DNA from: Penicillus capitatus
Taxonomy: Eukaryota; Plantae; Chlorophyta
NCBI GenBank assembly: GCA_965649825.1
Contig: OZ287696.1
Location: forward strand, 1,584,081-1,648,080
DNA length: 64,000 nucleotides
Direction: 5' to 3'
This document shows, in pieces, positions 1-13,587 of the stretch (its first letter is position 1; each line of letters opens with the position of its first letter). Under the pieces are notes generated by a model. It worked only from the letters and a program-made list of their open reading frames with translations, was not told the DNA's origin and searched no databases. A program made the position numbers and the translations under genes.

Positions 1-94
1 TGACGTGGCCATTAATAACTGCTGGCCATATTGCCGCTTATGATGTTGAGGTATTTCTTGGACCATTTCCCTTCTGCCCTTCATCATCTTGACA
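1..94 (-). mobile_element. Partial LTR (U3 end) related to the LTR at 47106-47332; runs off the left edge
   Basis: 1-94 aligns with 47237-47332 (TGACGTGGCCATTAA...TTGGACCAT...CTTCATCATCTTGACA vs CTTCGTCATCATGACA). Similarity stops at the TGACA terminus and no PPT abuts it, so it is a solo LTR or a 5' LTR. Confidence 0.75.
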
Positions 95-647
95 GTAAGA
101 TACTAGGTGGTTGATACTAACGGTCATGCTCATTGCAGCATTCACCCTACAGCTGCTGGTACCTCATTCGCCATAACAACAACGCAGAACAGCACGTTTG
201 TGGAGGCATGCGGTCTATACGACAATTAGTGGCCTATGCTGACAGCTGCTCTCTACATCTTCATTCCGATGCCCTACCTTTTCTTCGGGGCCGCATCCGA
301 TTCTGTCTTTCAAGAGAGTTCAAGCCTGTTAAGTCATTTCCGTGGTCGTACCTCTTCTCCACTACTAGATCCCTTTGCAGCTGGGTCGACTGCGGAAAAT
401 TCTTAACGAGGTTTTCGGCTGTGGGCCTAGTGGCGATTCCTGTTTCTCTCTTCCAAGCAGAGGTACACTCCTGGAAATCCAGGAATCTTTCAACTGTGTG
501 TATTTCTGCAGTACATCGACGAGCCGGCTCTCATCATGGAACTCGTCTCGGCGGGACTGCTTTTTGTCACTGTCTTGTACTACGACTATCACAATTCACG
601 AGACTACTACTTTTAAATACGGGCCGTTAAGAAGTCCACAAGAGTTC

Positions 648-2138
648 TCACGAGGTGACCACTGTGTCCAGCACTTGGACTGCATGCACGCCGTCCCTGT
701 AGATCACTCTGAGACAGATGTCTAGCCAAGGAACTGGGTGGTTGTTGACAATCGCTTTCATGAGAACACCTGTAACAAACGCCGTTTTCCACGATGCATC
801 TCCAGGGATCCGCAACTGATGCAGACCAAAAAACCGAATGCCATGTCTCCCGCACAGATTCGCCACCAAACGTCCTGACACACCGTCACTTCTCAGAGAA
901 TCGATTCGCACAGCAGTCGGCCGCACCTGTGGCGTCCTGCAAGTGCAATTCGGCCGCAAATTGCGGGTCCGCGCTGTTAATCTGTCGAGCAATGCATTCC
1001 ACACTGGGTTCGCAATCCATCAAGTACACCGAGCATCTGAAATCTTCCTGGACGGGTTCATCTCCGAGGCTCGTTCGATGCAGGAATTCATGAACAGCTC
1101 TGAGAGGGACTGCCTGAAGAGATGGTCTGCACACTGTTGTCATCACAGCCGACTGTTCTTTGTGCGTTGTCACTTCTTCAAGCTCTCTCCTTCGTAGATA
1201 CCGTTCATGAATCGATGGAATTCTTGGGACCGATGCCCACCGTGTATCATCCGTGTAGAGGAGCTACGAACATCGCAGTCGTTCGACCAGATCTCCTTCG
1301 GGACACGACTTACCACCCATTGAAAATGACAACGCACGACAGACACGTTTCTGAACTTGATCCAGCCTCTAGGGACCGCCTCGAATCTCTGTTCTTCCAT
1401 GATGGCCATGGCCACAAGTGTCCCGTAAGCTGGTAAGGGATCTGGACCGTCAGGCACCACAGGCTGTGTCAAAGATCGGCATTTCTTTACGAAGTCGCTG
1501 CCCAGGCGCAATGCCTCTTCGCTGTCTGTCTTCCGGATATCTGCCGGTTTCACATCTGTCGCGTCCCAGATCCACAAAATTTTTGGATCGTGTTTCAGGT
1601 CGACTTGATGGACATAACCGACGACGTCCACCTCCGTCGCGGTTTCGAGCTGATCTACTCGACGTTCATTGCCGCTTATGTAGTAGTCAGGAAATTCAAT
1701 GCACCAGAGCTGAGCAAACCCCTTGGCACGTGTCAAAATCGTCTCCTCGATGCAACACACGACGCCATAAGTCGCGTAAGGCTCATTCGACGAAGATCGC
1801 GGGTCAAAGAACGCGCAGCCAGCAGTTCCTGAGTGGAGATTAAGTTTCAAATTGCGTTCGACATCGTGCTCGTTGACGACAACGTTGTGCAAAAGGACCA
1901 CGTCTCCAGGTTGACGAAGCCATGGCGCATCTCGTTTCTTGCGGAAGAAGATGCACAACTCTACGATACTTCCTTCGTCAAGGGTTGAGCAAACAAGTGT
2001 CAAATTCATGAAGAAATCGCCAGTTCGCGTTCGAAAGTGTGACTGACCCTCCGCAACTGTACAGAAAAGAGTGAGACGCGTTCTTAGTGCAACTGTCAAG
2101 ACATCTGCCAATTTCGAAAAAGCTGCGACGCCAACCAT
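648..2138 (-). CDS. POT1: Protection of telomeres 1 (OB-fold telomere ssDNA-binding protein), multi-exon
   Basis: OB1 motif IFFRKKRDAPWLRQPGDVVLLHNVVV and OB2 motif VDVVGYVHQV...LWIWDATD in ORF 1170-2138. Plant-POT1-like C-terminal FRCSVYLMDC...LHLQDATG in 886-1173, continuing in 648-1004. Confidence 0.8.
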
Positions 2139-2207
2139 CGCTTTCGCGACGACCCGTAATCGAGGTTCTTGAAAACCGATATCCCGAAGAGACGGTAATT
2201 AAACGCA

Positions 2208-2962
2208 TTAACAACAGAGACTTGATGATTCCGTTTTTGCATCTGGCAAACCGAGTTTGATACTGGACTGCCCTTCCGATACTAGACTGGGTGTGTCCAT
2301 GATCTTACATGCCAATTCTTCAAATGCTTGGGAAACGGCGACGTCCACTTTGGCACTGGTCTCCACAAACAGGCATCCATTCTCTTTGGCGAAGTCGATT
2401 CCTTCTTGTCGATCTACTTCGCGATTCGAATCCTGAATCCACGACTCAATGATGGAACAGTATGTGTGAAATGACGCAACCAGATCGACTTTGTTGCCCA
2501 CCACCATCTTTGCTGCATGTTCGACGGTGCTGTACATTTCGACTTCCCCTAGCCAGATGGAAGCTAGATTCTCAAAGGTCTCCCTCCGGGTGACGTCATA
2601 GACTGAACAGCGCGATCACATACAGCGTCAGAAGCAAAAGGGTACCGAATATGATGCCATGAGCGCCTCGGTAGTAGCTACTGGTGAGTGTGCGAAAGCG
2701 CTCCTGTCCCGCCGTATCCCAGATCGTCAACTTCAATCGCTCGCTGTTGACGTTCAGGAACTTAATCTTGAAATCCACTCCTGCTTTCGAGCTAGCCGTT
2801 TGCGTCGGATGTCGGACTGGCCGTACCAATCGTGGATGCCGTGCCTTCCTCGAATCGTTCGGTCGTGAAGCGCATGAGTAAACAGCTTTTGCCCACTGCC
2901 GAGTCTCCCACGAGAAGAATCTTAAAGAGATGGTCATAGTGTTCCGTGGTGGAAACAGACAT
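2208..2962 (-). CDS. RAB18: Rab GTPase, RabC/Rab18 subfamily, multi-exon
   Basis: [57 protein letters not shown] and a C-terminal CC prenylation motif. ATG at 2962. Confidence 0.92.
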
Positions 2963-2989
2963 CGCGGCCTTCTTCAAGATGTCGTACAA

Positions 2990-3989
2990 ATGGCAAACGA
3001 TGCGCCATACATCTATTGCGCATGGGATGGCCGAAGGTGGGAACTGTCGAAAGACGATGACGCAACGACGGCCTTGACGCCATTAGCTCTCTACCACCTC
3101 CTCTCAACAGGTGCCGTCCACGGAGAGCAGGAAATCCGACAGGAGGGAGAAGAAACCAGCAGTTTTGCTTCTCAACAACGCGAAGTGCTGAAACGGACGG
3201 CTTATGGGCAGATGCTGCCAGTGCTCTTTGCACAGACTGATGTCTTCTGGTACTACAAAGGAATGTCCGGTTCCATTCGCGGTCCATTCAGAGGGCATCA
3301 GATGCTCAGCTGGTTTCATGGAGGATACCTCTATGAGAAGATGATGGTCAGTGCACAGAAGGGCATCCTCTGCTCACCCTCCATTCGCGAATTTCTCTCT
3401 CTTGAGGTGCAGGACACTCTGCCTTTTCGGAACATCGACTGAGGCGTCATCTTAGGATCTGTTACGTTTCATGAGTCAACCGACGTTCTGTTCGGAGCTG
3501 CTGAGTTCCAAGAGACCAATTAAGACGCTACGGCATATCCATTGCGGAAAACAGTCATTTGGTGCATGTGTGGGAGAATGGGAAGATATTCAGAAACTGC
3601 CGACCCATCCACAGATTCCTTCGCAGTCTTCCCAAGAACCAGAATCAGATGAACGCGTGAAGTCGGACGAAGAAATGACATCCATGTTTCAAGAGAGCAT
3701 CCGAGCAGCCACCCCCGCCGCTTTGGAGTTGTTTTATGGGAAGAAGAGCCATTGGTATTACCTCGGGCAACGTTCCTACAGCACGATCCATGGTCCATAT
3801 GACGGACAGCGCATGTTTTCGTGGTTTCAGCAAGGATGGCTGTCATTGGATCTGCACATCTGGAAGACGATGGAAGAATCGGCATCGGTTGATCTCAAAG
3901 ATTTCAGACCATTCAAGGAGCACCTCGCACAGATCTCAGAAACGCGAAACCTTTCCGCAAAACTGAAAGACGCTATGCCGACGGGATGA
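2990..3989 (+). CDS. Protein with two GYF-like domains (start and 3' end uncertain)
   Basis: [28 protein letters not shown] and [30 protein letters not shown] fit the GYF consensus. A GT..TTAG intron at ~3406-3455 can join the two ORFs. Confidence 0.7.
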
Positions 3990-4604
3990 CTGTTTGCAGC
4001 AGATGAAGGGGTTTCGACCGAGATCATTTTCATGAGTTCTGTGGAAGATTGGCAGACAGTATCAACGGGGTGCCGTTCGTGTGCTTTACATACCAATCTC
4101 TAATTGTCGTTTAAGCCAGATATACTTTCAGGCACAGCAGTTGACAATGACTGATGGATTACGACTTGAATGTTACAGCATCGTCATCGTCGTCCTGCCA
4201 GTTCGGCAGATTGACTTACCTAGGGAATTCAGCGAAATCTGCAACTTTGAGATTACTGGACAGGAACACATCGAAAAAATTGTCAAAGATACTGAACAAT
4301 GAGAATCGACAAGTAGTTTGTCAAAACAAAGAACTCCATGAGATTTTCTCACGGTGTCTTCGATGCGTTGGCTATCACGGTAGATGGATGAATCGCTGAC
4401 GCAGACACTATGTCTTCACGTGCTGCGTCTGTGATATCGATGCGATGCAGATTCCTCATGTCTAGTCCGTCTCGAGTGCAAACTTCTGGTCAAGGCATCC
4501 CTCGCAGTGTGAGCCCCCATTGTTGAACTATAAAAGGGATCCAGAGACGGCGCTCCAGCGTTCATTTTGAACGTTTGCGAAGCCTAAGAGACAAACCGAT
4601 CGCA

Positions 4605-7600
4605 TCAAAACAGACAAGATGCATCGCGAGTGCTTACGGCATTGAAGGCTTTATTGCGCATCATGGACGCCCTTAAGGGACCCATAGACCAGGAGAGGTC
4701 ATGGGCAGAGCGTCTCTTTGCTGTCGCAGGAATATGACACATGCCTCCAAAGAATCCTCGCAGAGGAGCATCTTCGATCATCTTCAGAGAATGCGCGAGG
4801 GCGGCTTCGTCACTGGAAGTGCTCGTCTCTGTCTTATTTTGTGAGGCTTGGTACACTCGAAACTGTGAGAGATGCCTCCACGTGGAGGTAATCCTCTGTG
4901 CGTGCGTCAAGAAACTGCGAATGTCGTTTGGTGTCTGCACAGAGAACTGAACATCGTCCATTTGCGACAGTCTGAGGATTTCATGGATCCAGTCCACTCT
5001 TTCAAAATTCTGTCCCTGTTCTGAGAGCTTTGCAATCAGATTTGCAGCCCAGAGAACACCGTCGCCGTACGTGACATTGATGAGTTGTGCATTGGCTTGT
5101 GCATAGGTCTTGAGCAACAAGACAATGGAAATGGCGTTCTTGATATTCAGACGTCTCTGTTTCTGTCTTTGCTCACTTTCCTCGACAACAATCGACATCA
5201 CCTCCACACACTCTCGGAGAATGCGCGATGGCGATGGGAGTTTTTGGGGAGGAGGGGGTTTCTCATGCATCGTCCCTCTCTTCTTACGCAGCTCCATTTC
5301 GAAAGGGTTCCCAGTGTCCACCTCTCCAAAACTGGTTCCGCTATGGATGCCAGTATCGTCAAAGAAATGACCAATTTCTTCGGGGGATCCACAGTGCTGG
5401 ATCGAATTTGCGACGTCATTTTTCTGGAGGCAGATCTGCATCAGATGAAGGAAGACGACACCGTTGCCGATTCTCTCAAGACTTCTCAAAGGATCCATCC
5501 ACGTCGGCGTCTCCGTGATATCGGTTCCAAATTTCTCCAGCACAAAACTGAGGCACTCAATGGCTGTGAGTTCTTCCTCAGCCGACAGATCGGCAATGCG
5601 CAAGTCAATGAGTTCGAGAGGGATGAATTCAAGGAGAACGGACAGATGGACCTCCATGAATTCATGCAACTCGTTCACGATGAATCTTTGCGTTTCCATA
5701 ACGAGACTCTCGATTTCACCCGGGGACATCATCTCATGTATGACGCAGATATCTTGAAAACCGAAAGCAGCACTGTCCTTTGCCACCCCAGCTCTGATGT
5801 CAAATCTGATCTTTGGAGTTGAAGGACGAGCACTGATCTTGAAAGAAAAAGGCTCCCTTTCGTTTTCCTGAAAGGATTTGAATCTCCGCGATCGCATATC
5901 GTAGTTGAAATCACGAAACAGCTTCTGCACAATGCAGTCGCACACGACAGTAGAAACACGACGAGTCACAGTAGTAGACACTTCCCTTTCTTCTTCAGTG
6001 CATGCCTCCCAGGGAGCAATCGAGAGTTTCGTCGATAGCCATTCGTGGGCACCCTTCAGAATCTCTAGGCGCATATGGCTTGAGGAAATGAGAGTTGGAT
6101 CTTTTGTTGTCTCGAGTTGGTTGAAGATCTTTTGATAATCGGACTTCACTGCGAAGTTCAGTCGATCGATGAGTGCCGTTTCGATTTCGACATCGAATCC
6201 CACGAGCGAAAGTGTCTTCCTCTGGAAGATGCAGTCAAACTTGTTCGATGCTCGTTGAGGAATGCCGCTGAGTTCATCCACCCAGGCCGAAGGGGGGACA
6301 TCCTGACAGACGACACAGGCATGCATCTTCGCTTGGATCACAGCTTGCTTGCAGATTTCGTCCAAAAGTTCTTCCAGTCCTTCTAGCGCGGTATCTTTGA
6401 GCTCCTGAAAGATCATCTGGGATCTGTACACATTCAGAAGCTTCTCGGCGGCTCCATCGAAAAGCTGCAGAGCCGTGAAGACGGGTTCCAAAGAGCCTCC
6501 GTATGAAGAATTGATGGCGCCGTGGGCGAGCTGAAGTGCAACAGCATTTCCTCGATTCAAGAAAACGGATCCCGTGACTTCGATCTCTCGTTCCCTCAGC
6601 GACATATCGGAGAAATCCATAATCTTCTCCAAATGTTCATCGGCTTTCAACACCTCCTGCATCATATAGAGCTGATGCAATAGATCTTTGGTTGCTTTGA
6701 GGACGTTGGGAGCCACAGCGCCCGGATGTCCACAAATGTAGCTACTAATCTTGGGCTTTGTCTGATGCTGATTGCACAAGAAAAACAACTCTTCTGTCGC
6801 TTTGCGCAGCTTTGACAGACTGTCCGGATGGTTGGCATCAAAGCGGACATTCATGGGGGAATTCAGTCCCGAAGATGAGATCTCGGACAGCGAATAACGA
6901 CCCTCTAGGATATGAAGTTTGAGGTTTTCGATTGTTTGGAAGACTTTCTGAGTATCGACGTCAGCAATTCCTCGTTTCTTTGATGTCTGTTCCAGGAACA
7001 ACTCTACGGCATGGATCAGCCAGCTCTTGACGGACGGTATGATCGAGTCCTTTGTCTTCTTAAACAGTGTTGCCAATCCATCCACACACACGAGCAGTTC
7101 CAGCACCATTGGGACATCTGAATCATGGAATACCCGAATCACGCGATTCGGAATTCGAGCGTAGCCAGGGAGATCATCCTGAGCTTGCAGAGATTCGTAA
7201 ACGGTAGGTGCGCTCTTTCGCCATGCCAAGAGCTCATGAATCTGAGACCTCCATCTCGAAAGGTACTTTAGAATGCGATAGCTCAAATGAACTGCCTCTT
7301 GGCACATCTACACGCAAGCATTCGGCATTTCAGATCTTCTCTCGGGGGCAAGACGCACCGATAGTGGCATGGATTCGCCGGCTTCTCTCCATTTCATGCT
7401 CTCTTTGACAAATCGCGTCAATGTATCGCACAGATGATCGTGAATATCTCGCACCTGCATATCGGGTACACTGTATTCGGTCATCGGACATCGAATAGAG
7501 CGACGCACTTGCAAATGATGCGTTGCCAGAGAATACTCACGTTCCAAATGCTCGAGGTATTTCTTGTCCAGTTCATCGAGGGACGTCACCGATAGGCGTT

Positions 7601-8462
7601 TCATATCTTTGGCATACGGTCCGCCCGGCATGAACAGGATACCCAAGATCGGCACATATGTCACCACAGCGTAATCTCCAACGCCAGGCACGACTGGATA
7701 ACGCTTCAGCAGTTTGAGGCACGATTCCATGAGCTTTGCCGGGATGGGCTCCGTCACAGCGATACGCTTGCTGAGGAAATGATACAGGTACAATATAATC
7801 GGCAGAGCTCTCAGGAGTTTGTATCGGTCATGAGGTAAGAACACAGGACCAGAGCCATCTTCTTCACAACACATGGCTCTCGACAACAGATCCATCAAGT
7901 CTGCCATAATATCTGCCGCCTTCGCGACGGACGGTAAGAAAACAAGCAATCCGTTCATGAACCACCATCTCGATGTAAACACTTCTCTGAGTTTCCGGCA
8001 ACGCGCGAGTCTCTCCTTGAGAGATGCGTGTCGCTCTGACTCCCTTTCTGAATCTTCTTCTGGCGAATTCTGCATTCTGAGTGTGTCCTCGTAGAGAGAA
8101 AAGTCGCGTTGAATGGAGACTTTGTTATCCTTGACACCATCGAGGAGATGAACAAGACCGAGAGTCTGTATCAGTGAAGCTCTGAGGTCAGAAGACGTCA
8201 AACCGTCCACAAGGGCAAGAAATTCGACGGCTTCGCGAAATGCATTGCATATGGAATCTCGTACGCGTTGAATAGTCGAAAGCGGCCCCAGACCCGATTC
8301 TACGATGGCCAGAACAGCTTCACGAACGTCTTCGCCATTCGTGGCATCTGGAAGAGCCCTCTGGATGCTGCGATAGACATAGAGGGCATTAAGGAATTCG
8401 CCACCGGCATCACGGACTTCTTGAAGCCTTGATATCAATTCTGACTCTTTTTGTTGCGCCAT
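4605..8462 (-). CDS. CYFIP/PIR121/SRA1-like protein (WAVE/SCAR regulatory complex subunit), divergent
   Basis: HLLDGVKDNKVSIQRDFSLY, LYKLLRALP-type segment DRYKLLRALPIIL, LLKRYPVVP, YSLATHHLQVRDIHD and LKYLSRWRSQIHELLAWRKSAP align in order with plant PIR121/CYFIP as I recall it. Total length ~1250 aa fits. Confidence 0.65.
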
Positions 8463-8532
8463 GCGACGGCAAAGTGAATGGACGCAACAACAACGTACAT
8501 GAAAACAGTCTTAATGTTAGCATTCTCTCAAA

Positions 8533-11500
8533 ATGGATCCGCACGAGAGAAAGGTCCGAAAAATATATGATGCTCTCAAGGCCAAGAACTGGAAGGCGAG
8601 AATGCGTTGATCGACATTGCCACAGAGCGTGATGTGGTTCTATGAACAGGGGGCGATGAAGCTGGCAGACACTTCTCTGCAGAGATTCAGAGACAGTGCC
8701 GTCATTCTCTCTTTCAAGGCAGTCGCTTTGGAGAAACTGGGCAGAACAGACGAAGCGTTTAAGGTAGACGACAACTGACGGTCTGCGTTTATGGTGTCCT
8801 ATCAGATATGTGAGAAAATTCGTCTGGCTGGGACAGTCGACGAGCAAGTTCTGCACACGATGAGCACCATTTACAAGTACTGACGCGAAAACACGCATTT
8901 GTATTCATAACGCTGCTGCCATCAGATCCATGGAAAGAATGGATTGTGTGACTGAGGCGTATGCCAAAGCTGTGGACTCAAAGAAGAATGATCTGGATTT
9001 GATGAGTGGTCTTTTCTCCTGTTATGTGAGGTCAGCCCCTCTCTTCCCTGGATGATGCGTGAGAGCATGTTATGTGACGGATGCTTAGGGAATGCTCCTT
9101 TGCCAAACAGCAGCAATTGGCGATGAGCATGTACAGGGCAGCTCAGATGTCTGAAAAATATCTCTGGTGGGTGGTCGTCAGTTTGATTCTGCAAGTTTGG
9201 AAGCGACTGGGCCAAGGTATGGCAGATTTCTGGCCTTCTATTTTACGTTCATTCTCTCGGTTAGAAAGTGCTTCTCCTATGGGTGCTGCGCAGACGCTGA
9301 AACTCGCACAGTGTTTCATTCAAAGACACTTGGACAATACAAAGACGCTCCGCAGCCTTGAGGTGATGATGATATACATTGACGTTCTTTATGCACAAGT
9401 ACAAGGATTTTCATTCCAAGTGTGACGGAACAAGGTTGTCTTGCGTAGAATCAAGCAGATCAAGTGTTTGCGTTATTAGAGAGCGATATGAGTGTGCAGA
9501 TCTGCAAGCAACCGATGGTTTTGAAGATCATGAAAGCGCAATGCTATTTGCAACAGAGAGATACCGAGAAAGCATCTACAATGCTGTTGGAGATCCTTGC
9601 AGAGCAACCAGATCATTGGCTTTGCCTCTGTCTTCTGCTGAATCTGTATCTTCCCCAAAAAACGGACGCTTCGACAGTTTCGTGGCGAGATTTGTGCCAT
9701 GAAACGTGTCAGCTGACAAAAAACCTACAGATTCAGGACGCAATAAAGGCAGAAAAGATAACGACGGCGGATCCCAAGAAAGCAGAAGAGGCCTTTGAGA
9801 TGATTCAGAAACTCTTTAATGGTTGGCACGTCTCTTTTTGTGGCATGTCTAGGATCTGGTTCACGTGTAGACAGAGTTGTGGATGGAGAGATGCCGACAG
9901 CCTTGCTGCGATGCTCTATATTGATTGAACTTGAGTACATACGACGAAAGCTTCAGAACGGGCTGTGCGAATCCGATGTCCTTCTGGAAGCCATTAAGAA
10001 CGCATTCAAGTATGAGCGTTGTTCGATTCAACTCTGTGGAATGTGCGATTGCTCGCTCGGTCAGTAAAATGGGTCACCTAAACTGTGCGCCCATCGACCT
10101 GAAAGTGCACATCTCTTGCCTAAGTGCAACAGAGCAAGACAGACTGGCAGTCTTCTTGCTGGCGGAAATGGAAAAGCGACAGGGGATGCTTCAGAATGGA
10201 CAGGCATGTGACAGGGGCGACATGTACCATTCTCTATCGAGTGGCTATCAAGTGTGTCTGTCCTCCTCCAGGTGACACGTATGCATGCTTGTGTCTGTCT
10301 AGATTCTTTCGATGCTCAAAGCTCAATCCTTAACGCCTCAAGCGATTTCAGAACTGATTCGATTGTGCATCCAGATGTATGGAGCACAAACTCCTGAAAC
10401 GGAGGCTTCCGATTTTCAAGATGGTGCTCTTCTGGCTGCTGTACAGTTCTTGATGCTTCACAGTCGAGAGGGCGACGCTTTGGCTGAAATGGGCATTCCG
10501 ATTTGGAGAGCCTATGTTCTTCTGAGCCTGGCCTGCGACAAAGCACCTAACCAGCCGCACATTTGCCTTGCTCTGGCGGCAACTTCATTCCTGCTTGGTA
10601 AGATCCCCGCGCTCCACTGTTTGTCAAATCTCTTTGGTCGATGCAGGGGCACCTCAACAGGCGCTATCCATTCTTGAACGTTTAGAGATCAAGAATACCC
10701 AGTTGGATTCGATTCTCTCTCACTTTTCTTTTCCGTTTGTCCAGAGTTATCGTAACCAAGACGGAGCACGGAAGCTGTCTTTGGGTTCTTGGCAGCTCTT
10801 TACCTCTCAGAAGGCAGATGTTGAAGAAATGACCTTTACTGCGTATATGCAAGGCACATATACGAAGATCCCTGAATTTGTTTCTTTCAAAGACCGCCTT
10901 GAAATGTCCCATACCTATCACTTGATCCAGTGCGAAACCAGCATTTTCAGCATTGATGAAATGATAAAGAGAGATCATCCCCCAAAGGGTTTCTTGGACA
11001 AGATCTGCACAGAGCGACCTCTGGAAAGAGCCGTATCTGATTTCTTTGAGAGGTGTGCCCGGTAGGCAAATGCGCTCTTTGATAGATGTATGTTATGTAG
11101 ATTGAGTTTCAACGAGGATTTGTCTGTTCGACCACAATGGCTGCCTCCCTGTTTCGGCGACTATCGTTTTTCTGTGCCGGAGTGGTGGCACACAGATCGC
11201 AGAGATTTCCATCAGTGGATTTGGCAAACGGAATCTGAGACAGTCCGATGGAAGAAATCTCGCATCTCCTGGATAAAGATTCGGTGGTGCATACCTCACT
11301 TGCTGAGATTAATGTGGTTAGAATGCGAAGTCAAAGACAGTGAAGCAGCCATGGTCATCTTCCTCGGTGAATCGGGAAGTACAATGAAAGATGCGATTCC
11401 CTTCTTGCAAACGAAGCTGAAGGAATGGAAGGAGAAAGAAGACAGATTACATGACCTGCACAGATTATACAGATACTTTCAGTGCAGCGTTTTCTATTCC

Positions 11501-12269
11501 GGATTCCACGCGAACGTCATCCGTCCATCGCTATGTTGTGCATTTTTCTGAATGCTATTATTCTCTTAGGCTGTTTTTTCTTCCGATGCAACAGAAAAAG
11601 AAACGGATGCTTTCGTCCAGAGCGTGGATCTCGTTACCGCCTTCTGCAACGAGATTTTGGTCACATCCTTCGACCATTTAGAAAGTACACACAGATCATT
11701 TGATGGGCGTTTTTGCAAAGAGAAATGTAAAAGGTGATCTCTCGTGTTGGGTGCAGACAGCAAGTGTGACACTGGGAGCCTTGCTTTCTGAGGAGCTGCA
11801 TTATCTCGTCATTGCCCTGGGACGCTGGAAAAAGAGACTCGGCTCAGACTCAAAAACGGCATCTAGTGAGAAGGTGTCATCTGCCATACACGATTTCTCC
11901 GAAGATCTCCAGACCTTTTTCGAGCGAATCTTGCATTACTTGGGCCTCGTCAACGAGATGAAGACCGAAAAAGTGGTGCAGAATATTTTGCTTCTCCTGG
12001 GTGCCATGCGAGAACGTGATGATGCGTCATGTTCGTTTCACGACACCATCAAAGACAAAGATCTGGAATCCCTCGCTCTGTTTATGGAGGGCCTAGACCT
12101 CAGTGCTTACGAACAGTGCTCAGAATGGGATTTCCTCCCTTCCGCTAAGACCACAAGAATGGAAGAGTGTTTACTGAGCATTTTTGATGAGAATAAGGCA
12201 TGGGCACAGAAACTGATGCAGATGACCAAGGAGTTGCTCTCCTCTTTGCAATCTGGAGGTTCACAGTAA
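8533..12269 (+). CDS. NAA25: NatB N-acetyltransferase auxiliary subunit (NAA25/MDM20), many introns
   Basis: N-terminus MDPHERKVRKIYDALKAKNWK..ALKLADTSLQRFRDSAVILSFKAVALEKLGRTDEA, TPR-like exons, LERLEIKNTQLDSILSHF and KIPEFVSFKDRLEMSH. Confidence 0.85.
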
Positions 12270-12371
12270 TCTCCAAGATGCAGCAAAAGCAGAGCGTGTG
12301 TTAAGAATGAATTGCTTAAGAGGTTTAGATGATCACATAAAGTGTATCTTGCGTTCAAATCTTCTCGCTGG

Positions 12372-13587
12372 TCAAACATCTAATACCCGAGAGAGCAGAG
12401 CATAGGTGCCGCCTGTAACGAGCAAGAATCCACTGGCAGGTGTGATCCATTGTGAGTACGTACGTACTCGCATCAAACGCGACAGTGCTTCCTGAACACA
12501 GACACAAACGTGGGGCGGGGATATCCTCAGAGATCGCGTTACTGTTGCAGTGGCCGCAATCAAGAGTGGAGCGATAAACCCTGTTGTGTATGTCGTTAAG
12601 TACAGAGCTCCCAAGAGTGGATCCTGAGACGAAGAGACATAGGCGAGTAATGTCACCAACACAGGCGTGCTGAATGAAACACAGGGAATGGATGTCTTGA
12701 ATGAGCAGTCATGACAGGATCATCGACGTTACCTGCATGGCGATGCTGCAAAGGCAAAGGTGACACCGGCGAGGTACGCCTGGACATTGGGTCCCAGGCC
12801 GTACTGCCGGACATCGACATCGAGAGATGGGAGTTGAACGGGATATACCTCCAACAGATTCAGTCCCATCAGAATTGCGACCACGCTCACAACTGCATTT
12901 CCGTGAATCATGAGGGAAAGTAGAGATGGGACGAACCAATGGGTAAGCCACTTCCGAACTGACCGTAAGCACGTCCCAGAAGCGAAGATGCGATACCAAG
13001 AATTGAAAGAGACGTCACCAGGCCTCCATAAAAGGAGAGTGCTTTAGGCAGCAATTGCCCACTTGAGGCTTCCTCATCTTTGGAATAACCTCCGATGTAT
13101 CCGATCGTTAGTGGAAGAACACTCAACGTGCACGGAGACAAACTGGTCACCAAACCCGCCCCCAAGACGATCAATATACCCAGCGGCGACACATCTACAC
13201 GGAAAGCTCTGCTTCTTTACGCGCTCTATCGATTGAGGAACTCGATACTTGAACCAATTTGCTGGGTGACAAGAGTGTTGGCATCCTGACCGGTAGAGAA
13301 GAGGAATTCTGAGAACGACGACGCGCTGATCGCCTAACACGTCTTCTCCGATAGCATCAGAGATTCGAGGACAAAGAGAAGGGCACAGCAGAGGAAGCGA
13401 GAGGAAAGAACACGTGCTGCAAACTGAGCGTTGAAGGAATTGCCCATCGGAAGTGATTCGGCCTCTGTGGCGTTGTCTCCCTTCGCACCGTCCGAGAATG
13501 TGTCGGTTCAGCTTGGCGTGGCGTTGTTGCAAGGGTCATCCGCAGAGGGTCCTTTCGTGCGATCGTTGTCGTTGCGAAGACGGTCAT
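12372..13587 (-). CDS. CCDA: Plastid cytochrome c biogenesis thiol-disulfide transporter CcdA, with transit peptide
   Basis: [46 protein letters not shown] and [10 protein letters not shown]. Ser/Thr/Arg-rich N-terminal exon; exact start uncertain. Confidence 0.88.

Noticed and set aside
133-630. ORFs between the edge LTR and POT1
   Set aside because: No recognisable motif; fragments switch frame without clear splice sites.
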